A stretch of 63,907 nucleotides of DNA, filler included, from Basidiobolus meristosporus CBS 931.73 (taxonomy: Eukaryota; Fungi; Basidiobolomycota): the NCBI GenBank assembly GCA_002104905.1. It is 3 parts of 3 records of this genome, joined end to end, with 100 filler letters (N's around TTAATTAATTAA, not from the genome) between each part and the next. Parts side by side here need not be neighbours in the genome. Positions count along the whole stretch, not along the records: positions 24,209 to 56,100 come from MCFE01000835.1; 2 more parts are not named here. One strand, 5' to 3'. Under the pieces are notes generated by a model. That model searched no databases. It saw nothing but the letters and a program-made list of their open reading frames with translations, and was not told where the DNA came from. Numbering within the stretch: position 1 is the stretch's first letter; every line of letters starts with the position of its first letter. Below are positions 36,300 through 46,804 of this stretch, piece after piece. The position numbers were made by a program, and so were the translations under genes.

Positions 36300-38900
36300 C
36301 AAATGTAACTCAACTTCCAACTATACTGGCCTATACAAGCCCCTATACTCAACACTAAGATTAAACCCTACCTCACACTTAACAAGTAACTCCATCAAAT
36401 CCACCACCCACTAGACTTGTTCTGTTGGATAGTGCCACATTGAGCCATGAGTGTCAAATAGTGCCATTGTGTGCCAGAGAGGCATAGCAGACCTAAGCTG
36501 GGCCACAAAGTGTGAAACATAGCTCTTCATCTTCATGCAAAGCAGCCCCTGCGTTTCACCTACCATGCTAGAGAAAATTCATTTTTGACCTTTTTTTTGG
36601 ATCAGTGTTGTGCAGGATGTGTAAGAACACAAAAGGACTGAAGACATGCATCTAGTACTCAAAGCCCATGGAACTGCAAATCTAGCTCCTGTAGCTTGTA
36701 TCATGTCACAAAAATGCATGGCACTACCTTGGTCCACTGGTACTATCTGACACTATGTCAAAATATTAGCCCTAAAGTAGAACTTATACAAAGCACTTAT
36801 AGTGCCAGATAGTACCAGTGGACCAAGATAGTGCCATGCATTTTTGTGACATGATACAAGCTACAGGAGCTAGATTCACAGTTTCATGGGCTTTGAGTAC
36901 TAGATGCATGTCTTCAGTCCTTTAGTGCTCTCACACATCCTACACAACGTTGATCAAAAAAAATGGCCCAAATATGGATTTCTCCAGCACAGTGGGTGAG
37001 GCACAGAGGCTGCTTTGCATGAAGATGAAGAGCTATGTTTTACACTCTGTGACCAAGTACAGGCACACTTGGCCTCCCTGGCACACTATGGTATTGTTTG
37101 GCACTCATGGCTCAATGTGGCACTATCCACAGAACAAGTCTAGTAGGTATTTCTGCCAAAACACCCTTCTGCCCTGACTTTGGCAGGTACCTTGTGGCTT
37201 TAGGCCAGTGCTCATTCACTGGTTCTCATATAGCCTAGTCTTCATCCAGCACTGAAAGGTCTAGCACCTCATTTGCTGGTCTTTGCAATATTCAAGTGCA
37301 TTCTGTTGAGCACTGCTCTTGAAGAAGTGCTGCAACCTTTTGCTATGCCTGTTATTGCTCCAAAACTCCATGGTAGGCATTGCCATAGTCTATTGAGTCC
37401 TTGATATGGTTGCTTTGTCTGTCATTGGGATCTCCTCTGTGACTGTAATGGAGGATGTGGATACAGTGGTAGAGAAATTGCCTTTCTCTGCAAGCTTATA
37501 TCTCCTCACTGGAGTGAAGTTTAACTGGCAGCACTTCCAACTCTGGAAAAGTCAGCTCTTGCCTTGTTGGTAATTCTTCTTGGCTATGATGGGATTCAGC
37601 CGGTTCTGGGCTCAAGGCACCAATTGGCAAGAACTGCAGCTTTCTTCTTGCACTTCCCTGTCACTGACCTGAGTAAACCTTTTTCCCTTTCCCTCTTCCA
37701 TTATCACTACTAGGTTGTACACCGTTACTTTGTTGGAGTGCTTCTTTCATTGAACAATGCTTTCTTCCTGATCAATGCTGCACTGATGCATCTATTTCTG
37801 CCTTCTTCTTCCATAATTGCACTCTACTGGCAACCTGACACTTCTTTGCCACTTGTTTTGAGCTATCAGCCTCAGTTGCAACAGGCTCTAGAGGAAGCTG
37901 CTATTTTTTATCACTGACAGGTTCATCAGTACTGTTTTAACTGAGTACTTGTGAAATGGGACTATGTTGATCCCTTGATAAATATTGCATAGGTGCATCT
38001 GTATCTACCTGCTTGCCCCTTATTGGCACTTTTACAGCTACCAGACTTCTCTGTGACACTTGCTAAGAGCTTTTGCCCTGCTTGTAGCAGGCTCTTGAGG
38101 AGACTACTGGTTTTTAGCAATGGCACCCATGCTCCTCTGCATTTAATAGTTACTGCTACTCTTGAGGTACTCTCCTAGCATACCAATGCTGATGCAAGAT
38201 CTGTTTGCTTGTTTGGATCCAGAATAATGCTCATGGAACAGATCAGCACATTCCACCTAGCTTTTGGTTCCTGATGGTCTTGTGGTATGCTGGTGTTAAG
38301 GTGATTGTATGCCTGACTTCTTAGAGCCTCTTGAATATTAGCCCACTGTGCATTATTGCACTCAATGGTATCATGGATCTTCCATGTCTTTTGACTTTGA
38401 GGCATTAGAATGAGTACCACAGTCACTCCTATGCATTCTGCAATAGGTTTTTCTGCAAACTTTATTATTGGGTACTGTTGTGGTGCATCAAAGACTGTGC
38501 AGTGTTCCTCTGTGTTACTTTGGGAAATGGCACAATTCTTGGATGTGACATTGAGCTACTTGCATTTGTGCTTTGCAGCAAAGATACTGTGTTCTTTACC
38601 TGGGATATTGTTAGCTCTACATGTATTATCTGCTCATTCTGTCTCTAGACTATTTCCTTATTTCTCTGGGCCATTGCACCTATCCTATTAGCCACTGCAC
38701 CCATTTGCCTCATTAATGCTCTAGTATAGACTGACAAAATACTTGCTAATATAGGTGGCAATGATGTTATGACAGCCACCTGATGTTCTTCTACCAGAGG
38801 TATTGTGTTTGCTACATACTGTTTGGGCATTATAGTCAGCCTGCAGGTCTGCAGATAATCTCAGTTGCCTGCTTGACTAAGAGCTTGAGGAGTCCACATT
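36300..38900 (-). repeat. Unclassified degenerate repeat with ORF remnants (split by the MITE)
   Basis: About 36370-37900 is clearly homologous to about 26420-27200. The minus strand translates to broken basic/coiled-coil stretches with a GKGK motif. No family recognised. Confidence 0.5.
36413..37141. mobile_element. Palindromic MITE, 729 bp, second copy
   Basis: Same termini and internal inverted arms. Flanks ACT/AGT are consistent with a 3-bp TSD carrying one mismatch, by comparison with the empty site near 26455. Confidence 0.9.
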
Positions 38901-40375
38901 ATTTCCTTCAGTAGACATACTGTCAACAAGGGCTTTTTGGATGAAGCCCAGCTTGTTGCATGAAATGTCAAAGCAAGCTATTGTCTAACTGTATTACTGC
39001 TGCTGTCAGCAGTACACTTTGGTTGGGAACCAGATGACTTGCCTTTTTTTTTAGCTGCATATATATGGAAGTGAGTCAAACCATGAGTAAATAGTGTTAC
39101 ATATACATGTGTGGGTGGTGCCACAGCTGTACTTATAATACTTACTGTGGCAGGTCATCATTGAATCTTACATTTGTTTAGTTGCAATATCTCAAATGCA
39201 TGATTTTCTTTGATATCACATGGGTTTTGGCAAAAAAGCCATATAATAGTGTCATGTTGTATATGTTGTAGAAGTTTGTAATTCCACCTAAATATTTACC
39301 TAACTTAGTCACTTAGATCATTACCTTCAAATCCTAGAGAATACCAACCAAATTCCTTGTTGGGATTTACTTAGAATATTTTCACCAATATATGAGGTAC
39401 CCAGAACATGAAAAATCTCAAAGTTGTCAAAACAGCTCCAAACATTGCACACATGCTCTTGGGACCTTCCTTAACCTATTCTATGTCTCTGTTATGCCAA
39501 AACTATGTAAAAGTATAAATATTACTTTTACATTCAATAAATTATTAAGTGAAAACAACATTATCTACTTGTCCTCCCAATCACTTCCGATATCTCCAAG
39601 ACTCTTACAACTGGTTATGAGCCCCAAGCTGTTACTCACTGCAATGTCTACTACTGCTATTACTGGAATTTTTTCCTCTGCTGAGAAATTGGATGGATCT
39701 AACTACCAAGTGTGGAAGGTGAAGTTGAAGATGCTGTTACAAGACAGAGGCCTTTGGGATATTGTCATGTGAGATGAATGCCCTCCTAAAAACATGGGAG
39801 AAGAAGCCTTAAAGTATTAGAAGAAAGAACAAAGTGTCTTTAACTTCATTTGCCTAAATGTTAAGGACAAATTGCTAATTCAATGCTCAAGAGCAAAAAC
39901 AGCAAAGAATGCCTGGAAGGCATTAGAAGACACCTATCAGTCATGTTTGTGAGTACTCAATGTAGTACCCACTCTTTGCCCAAGAGTTCTCCCAAGAGTT
40001 CCCTCCAGAGTCCTACCCGAAGTCCTCCAGTACCCTCCCTATGATTCCCCCACGTGTCCTCCCCTCCTATCCCTGCCCTTATCTAGTTAGAACACTTACC
40101 ATAACAGGAAGGTGTTCACACCCCTATTTTATAACACATTGTCTATTGTCTAAGCCCCCCCAAGTGATATATATATCTACCCAAATGAACCAGGAAGAAC
40201 AACGAGATTTGGACGAAATAAACAGAAGTCTTTATTACCTTGCTACCTTCTATTGGAAGCTATTCTGAGCCAAGTGGTACTGACTTGACCTACAAGCTCT
40301 CCCACTCACCAAGTACAGTCAGTAATAACCCACATATTTGGTGCCGTCTCTGCGGAAATAAGCACAAGTGAGGTA

Positions 40376-41296
40376 ATGACTACTACAATCAAACTAAAGA
40401 CATACAAGGGAAAGAGAGAGAAAGCCCTTGAGTGGTTCAATAAGTTTGAGAGAATTGCGGTTGATGCAGGATGGGACGACGATAAGAAAGTAAGAGAGTT
40501 TGCAAGACATATGGAAGGGTCAGCATGGCGATGGCATTATGGGTTAGAAGACGCAGTCAAAGACAACTGGGATGCACTAGAAGAAGCCTACAAGACACGC
40601 TTTCTATATGCCAAAGGATACCACTACAAAGCCCTTCTACTGTCCTTGCGGAAGAAAAGCAGTGAAAGCTATGAAGCCTACACTGAACTGTTTCTCCAAC
40701 GAGTTCAATGTCTCCCGAAGGACGAAATCGCCAAACAACAGCTCATGAGGTATTACATCATGGGCTTAGACGATGAAATAAGACGTAGGGCGTCTGAAGA
40801 ACAACAGGGATGTAAAACATTGCAAGAGTTGGTCAAACAAGTACGAGGGGTCATCTTGCTATGGGGGCTACCCTATAGTGATACGAATGATCAAAGGACA
40901 GGGATCCCCCGTAAGAAAGGAAAAATCGCCTCCCCAAAAGACCGTGAGTTAGAGGAATTACGGCGAAAGGTCCAAGAACTCTTGATCAACAATGTCCAAG
41001 AAGTCCCCAAAGAAGGTGATAAACTCTGGGAAGCTGTTGTAGATCTAAAGGCCCAGGTTCAAGTCCTGACCCAACAGATGGAACAACCGCGACAACAGTA
41101 TCTGTGTTATGTGTGTGGAGAAGTAGGTCACCGGGCCCATGAATGTGAAAAACGGTACGGAAGAGAAGCCGTACCGGACACAAAAGAGAAGAAGCGTCAA
41201 AAGACAGAGTCCCTCGCCAGGAGGCCAACGGGACTCAGTCAATTTAAGCCCTCCGGTCAGGACAATCGAAGTGCGGAAGAAGAAGCGACGACATGA
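40376..41296 (+). CDS. gag: Gypsy Gag with CCHC zinc knuckle
   Basis: Retrotransposon gag-like N-terminus (WFNKFERIA...WDD...A..W) and CYVCGEVGHRAHEC. Confidence 0.88.
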   Translation: MTTTIKLKTYKGKREKALEWFNKFERIAVDAGWDDDKKVREFARHMEGSAWRWHYGLEDAVKDNWDALEEAYKTRFLYAKGYHYKALLLSLRKKSSESYEAYTELFLQRVQCLPKDEIAKQQLMRYYIMGLDDEIRRRASEEQQGCKTLQELVKQVRGVILLWGLPYSDTNDQRTGIPRKKGKIASPKDRELEELRRKVQELLINNVQEVPKEGDKLWEAVVDLKAQVQVLTQQMEQPRQQYLCYVCGEVGHRAHECEKRYGREAVPDTKEKKRQKTESLARRPTGLSQFKPSGQDNRSAEEEATT

Positions 41297-44200
41297 TGCT
41301 TCTAGAGAGGAGGCAAAGGAACCTGTAGTAGAGGTTCTGTCAAAAGGAAAGAGCGCGGAATTAGGTGAAGAAGTACGGAATGAACCTTGGGAAGAAGTGT
41401 TAAAGCGAACGAAGAACGCTAGCACGTCTTCCCATGGCCTATTCCCCATAATGAAGGTACTAGAGCAAACCAAGGCAACCCTCCCAATAACCAATTTACT
41501 GGGACTGGCCCCGGCTCTAGTCAAGGAACTGATAGAGGGATTGAAGGAGATAACGACCCTCCATGTCAACCAGACGGTCCTGCAAAAACCAAATAAAGGT
41601 ACATACGTAAAGGTACGTATAGAGAATAAGGAGATTCTTGCCCTTATTGACACAGGATCCTCTACGTTGATCATGTCAGAGTCATTAGCAAAACGTCTAA
41701 AACTAAATATAGTCCCCAACAACACCATTCGAGTACGGCTAGCAAATGACCAACTGGATACAACAGTAGGTGTGGTGCCTAATTGCCCCATTTGGCTAGG
41801 CAACTTGATAATACGCCAAGATGTTGTGGTCCTACCCGTCGCAGCCAACAACTTACTCATTGGCGAGAGTTGGTTTATCCAACATAAGATGGATATACTT
41901 TACAGTACATCTGAACTCAGGTGGGATACCGAGAGTTTCCCACTGATTCATATCACCGATGAGAGCGAGGCGCGTAGCAACAGTGTGACGATCAAAGAGG
42001 TGAAACCGTCGCAGTCTCTGATCATCACACAAAAGGTGATAAAAATACCACCTGCCAGTGAGACGGTGATCTCATTAGAAACACCAATAGCTTATTCAAC
42101 AAGCAGAAGAATGATAACCGCAGCAAAAGCATCCAAGCAACTGGAAGGAATCTCGATCCCTAAAGTATGGATACCACCAAAATTTGAAACGCAAAGCCTG
42201 AAATGCTTAGTGGTTAACAACGGGCGACACACGGTGACATTGCCTAGAGGAGTGCCATTGTTAAACTTAGAGGAAGTTGACGGAAACGACCAAGGACCAC
42301 CTCCAAACAAAGAACCAGAAGAAGAACTCCCCAAACTAGATGTGGACCCCGGTCTACCGCCTACGTTACAAGACAAATTCCTAGAAGGAATACGTCCGCT
42401 TGCCCGAGTATTCTCTAAGAACCAAGTAATTGGTCATATACCTGGGGTATATCACCAAATCCACCTCGCCGACAAATACCCCATCAAGCAAAAAGCCTAT
42501 AGGAATTCAAAAATTGACACAGACTATATCAAAGAGACAATTGAAACTTTATTAAAAGACGACATCATTACAGAGAGCCAGTCTCTGTGGGCCTCCCCCG
42601 TAGTGATAGTCCCGAAGAAAGACGGAAAGCGATGCTTTTGCATTGACTACCGGAAATTGAACGCCGTCACCCGGAAGGACGTGTATCCGCTACCGCAAAT
42701 AGACAACCTCTTGGACAGATTAATCGGAGCTAAATATTTTAGCTCTCTTGACTTAATCTCCGGGTATTGGCAAGTAGAAGTAGCCCCGGAAGATCAACCC
42801 AAAACCACTTTTATAACATCGTTTGGATTATACAAATGGAACCGACTACCCTTTGGCTTGTGCAACGCCCCCGCTACGTTCCAAAGGATGATTGACAAGG
42901 TGCTAGGAAATCTACAATGGGAATGCGCCCTCGTGTATCTGGACAACATCACAATATATTCCCCCAATGTAGAAGAACATATACACAACGTGCAACGTAT
43001 CCTGACATCCCTCCTTGAGAACCAACTCAAACTACATCCCAAGAAGTGCCATTTCCTGTATACAAAATTGTTGTTCCTGGGCCACGAGATCTCGGCAGAT
43101 GGAATATACCCATCTACATCACTCCTGAAAGCCGTTCAAAATGCACCTGCACCAAAGGACATTAATGCAGTGTTGGGATTCCTAGGATTAGCCGGCTTCT
43201 ATCGCCGCTTTGTCAAAAACTTCGCGACAATAGCAGCCCCCCTATACAAATTGACGCAAAAGGGCCAGTGTTTTGTATGGTCAGAGCCTCAAAAGAGAGC
43301 ATTCAATCAGCTGAAACATTCCCTGACGTCACCGCCAGTGTTACAATTTCCCAATTGGGATGCGAGATTTTTTATTAACTGTGATGGAAGCCTCACCGGT
43401 ATAGGCGCCGTACTGGGACAATACCACCAACCCGGCGAATTCCACCCGATTGGTTACGTGAGCCATTTGCTAAACAAATACAAACGCCACTACCCCGTTA
43501 CCGAGATAGAATGTCTGGCTGTTGTTTATTCAATTAAACAATTCCATACATACATACATGGTCGCCGATTCACGATAGTAACGGACCACAGCGCACTGGT
43601 CTGGCTGATGAAAACTAAAGACTTTACCGGCCGACTAGCACGTTGGGCCCTACAACTACAGCAATACAACTTTGAAATAATTCACCGCGCTGGCAAGAAA
43701 CACCAGGACGCAGACTTCCTCAGTCGCTATCCCGTTTGCCAAATACGTGTCAGTGATGAGTATGAGGACGTAATCTGCTTTAAAAAGAAAGGGAGGTATC
43801 CCAAACACGTCGTTACAAACAAACAGAAGAGAGAATTTCAAAGGAAATGGTGTCAGTACAAAGTACAAGAAAATCAACTATGGTTCCTCCAAGGACAGTC
43901 CAGAGCCAAGGTACCCCCACTAGCAGCCCGTGAAGAAATCATACGAGAAAGACATATGTCATTAGGACACGCTAACCCCCTAACGACATATAAGATGTTA
44001 AGAAAAACGTTTTATTGGCGAAAAATGATGACCGACGTTACAAATACGTTACGAAGATGCACCACTTGCAAAAGATTCAACCGGAGTCAGAAGATAGGGA
44101 CAACCGCACCAATACCGGTTGACCTGCCCTTCCACCAAGTAGGGATCGACTTCGTTGGCCCCTTTATGAAAACAAAGAAAGGAGAACGATACATAATAAT

Positions 44201-44989
44201 TGCTACCAATTATTTCTCAAAGTGGGTAGAAGCCCAAGCCATCCGCAATAAAGATCAGAAGACAACCGCCCAATTCATTTAGAACACCTCATCTGCCAAC
44301 ACGGATATCCTCAGATACTCCTGTCCGACAATGGTGGTTCCTTCCTGAACAACACCGTGGCCCACCTGTGCAAAATGATGGGCATGAAACAAGTCTTCAA
44401 GGCCGCATATCACCCCCAGACTAACGGATTAACCGAGAGGATGAACCAGACGTGTTGCCGCATACTAGAGAAGCTTCACTGGGAACTTCCCCAGTCATGG
44501 GCCAAGCTGCTCCCACTGACACTCCTAGCAATGCGCACCACACCGAATAAAACGACGGGTTTCTCCCCATATGAAATCCTATATGGACAAAGACCCAAGT
44601 GGCGGGAGGAAGCTGGATTGACGATGGAAGGTGTCCCCCTGACGACACATTACAACTATATAGAAAGGTTGATACACCGTATTGCCCACCTATACATAAA
44701 AGTATTCGAAAATGTCGACAAGCACCTTCCCCCTCCACCCAAAAATGAGAAACTAACGAGACAAAAGTGGAAACCAGGCGATAAGGTGTGGTACAACCAA
44801 ACCGTTGCAGGCCTCAAGTTCCGCCCACAATTTACACCCCGATGGATTGGCCCATGCACCGTTATCAGTTTGGACCACGGACCAAAGTACACCATCACCC
44901 TGAATAATAAGACAATCAGCAACGTAGCGCCAGCCCATCTGAAACCGTTTCATGATGATCCACCGATCATCACTGAGACCAAAGTGTGA
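41139..44989 (+). pseudogene. pol: Gypsy Pol (PR-RT-RH-IN) with YLDN at the RT active site and a 1-nt frameshift in integrase
   Basis: ALIDTGSS, WASPVV, LDLISGYWQ, PFGLCNAP, YLDN, TDHSAL, HHCC, GIDF. The frame breaks at about 44280 before SDNG. GPY/F-like end and no chromodomain. Confidence 0.93.
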
Positions 44990-45094
44990 TTAAACAATTA
45001 TCAGGACAAGGATAGAGGAAGACACGGGATACATTCAAAGTTTATTGGAGGAAATTTTAGTTGATATAGGTACAAATAATATGCGCGAGGGAGT

Positions 45095-46804
45095 TTGCCC
45101 AAAGGGGAGAACAAAAGAATGCATATGGAAAGCGCCGAAGGAAACAGTTCACCCAAAACTGGCGATACCCCTCCCACTAGCGAGAACCAAGATGATATCG
45201 AAAACGAAACCGACCTGCAAGTGTTAAGAGATATGGTACGAGCGTTACATACGACGAGAGCCACCTATGAAGAGTTGTTTGCCAGAGCAGTCACTCTAAT
45301 ACAAGACACAATCAGAGAGGGACAAGACAAGTTACCCACGCCAATACGAAGCATGGAGATACTACCCAAGAAGACCATGTACCACCTAAGAGGAGGTTCC
45401 TTGATCATTAAGGAGAAGGACGCCGCGCTGATTCCCGTATCCATACTGGACACAGTCAGACAGAAGACACAAGGAATCAACTGTCGCGCCCTCACAAGAC
45501 CTCAAGAGCCCCCCTGTTTTGTTGCATACTTGCCATTAATAGGTACCACAGTTGTTGAGGTATACACAGACCTGGTACGAGCTGCAAGAGCACCAGAAGT
45601 AGAACTCCCGATTGAAGGACTCCTCCGAGAAATTTGCGAACATCTTGAACCACATTTTCAAGAAGGAACCATCTTAGAGAAGATACGCAAACAGATTAAA
45701 TACACCGGCCAGTTAACCCATGCGATCCACCGAGTTGCTGTGTTACAACTATTACAGTGGTTTACCATAGGACAACTCAGGAATCAGTACGAAGTCCAAC
45801 TCCAAGAAGCCGAAGAAACCATGAGGCAAGCACGAAAGCGCCTCGATTGCGCCACAGTTTCTACGGTGTGGTAGGGTAAACATACCTCCCACAGACAAGT
45901 TTATTCATATAGTCATTATGATATACTTATCCATATTTTATCTTATCAGTATTATCCCATTCTTCTTTTGCCCATATTATCAGTATTATCCCCATATGAT
46001 GTTTACCCTGATTAGTTATTAGCATTAGTTATCCCAGATGTTATTCAGCTTTGTGATCAGTAGATGTATCTATATAAGGCAAGTACCCGCGTCAGTACCC
46101 GTGACACATGACCTAGGTCTGTGTTACCATCTCTACCATTTCAATACCATATATGGTATTTCTATGTTGCACAGGTTTCAGACTACTGATTCCTGATTGG
46201 TTGAGAGTGCTGTGCCTTTTAGAACCTTCCAGGACATTCTTGGCATATTTTTAGCTCATAGTGATGTCATCAAGAATTCCACTGATACCTAGAATCTTCT
46301 AGAACCTTGTCATTAGTAATCACTTGGCAATCAGGAAAAGTATTTAAGGGAAAGCAATCCCTCATCAATAAATCATCCCTTCTATCAGTAACACTTCTAC
46401 CTTATTGATTAGCAGTTGATCACTGCACCTGCCTTCAACAGTACATCTCAGACCTGCCATCAAGGAGCTTTTCAGGGTAGTGCACAAGACACACAGAGGC
46501 CTTTGGAGACACTTGGAGCACCTAGGAAGCTAGAGAAGCAGGAGCCTTTACCATAGTGACATATTGACAAAGACACCAGCAGTTTAGACACAGAGGTTAT
46601 TGCACCCATCAGACACCTCACACACCTTGAGCTGTGTAGCTTCTCCCAGGAGTACCTCTACACCACCACAACGGAAGAACTACAAAACATCTTGGAAGAA
46701 GCAAAAACTTGTTATTGACAACGGGTGACTGCCAACCAAGTGAACGCCCTCTTCAAAAGGTCCCCCGCTGTCATATTGAACACAAAAAGGACAAGCCCCG
46801 ATAA
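45095..46804 (+). CDS. Accessory ORF3 of the gypsy element (about 285 aa when the solo LTR is removed); unknown function
   Basis: 259-aa ORF between pol and the 3' LTR. Excising 45867-46720 plus one TSD copy extends it by about 27 codons to TAA near 46804. Confidence 0.6.
45867..46720 (+). mobile_element. Solo LTR (854 bp) inserted in ORF3
   Basis: TG...CA termini with a 4-bp TSD ACGG; internally homologous to about 54040-54330. Confidence 0.8.

Noticed and set aside
39970-40030. CRISPR-like short repeats in LTRs and elsewhere
   Set aside because: Degenerate tandem sub-repeats without unique spacers in a eukaryotic LTR; no cas genes.
41045-41860. 271-aa antisense ORF in the gypsy element
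   Set aside because: Shadow of the A-rich sense strand; no recognisable motifs.
45867-46720. Age paradox: CpG-poor solo LTR inside a CpG-richer host
   Set aside because: The host also shows many CpG hits, and the LTR family may be intrinsically CpG-poor; it cannot be judged without a consensus.
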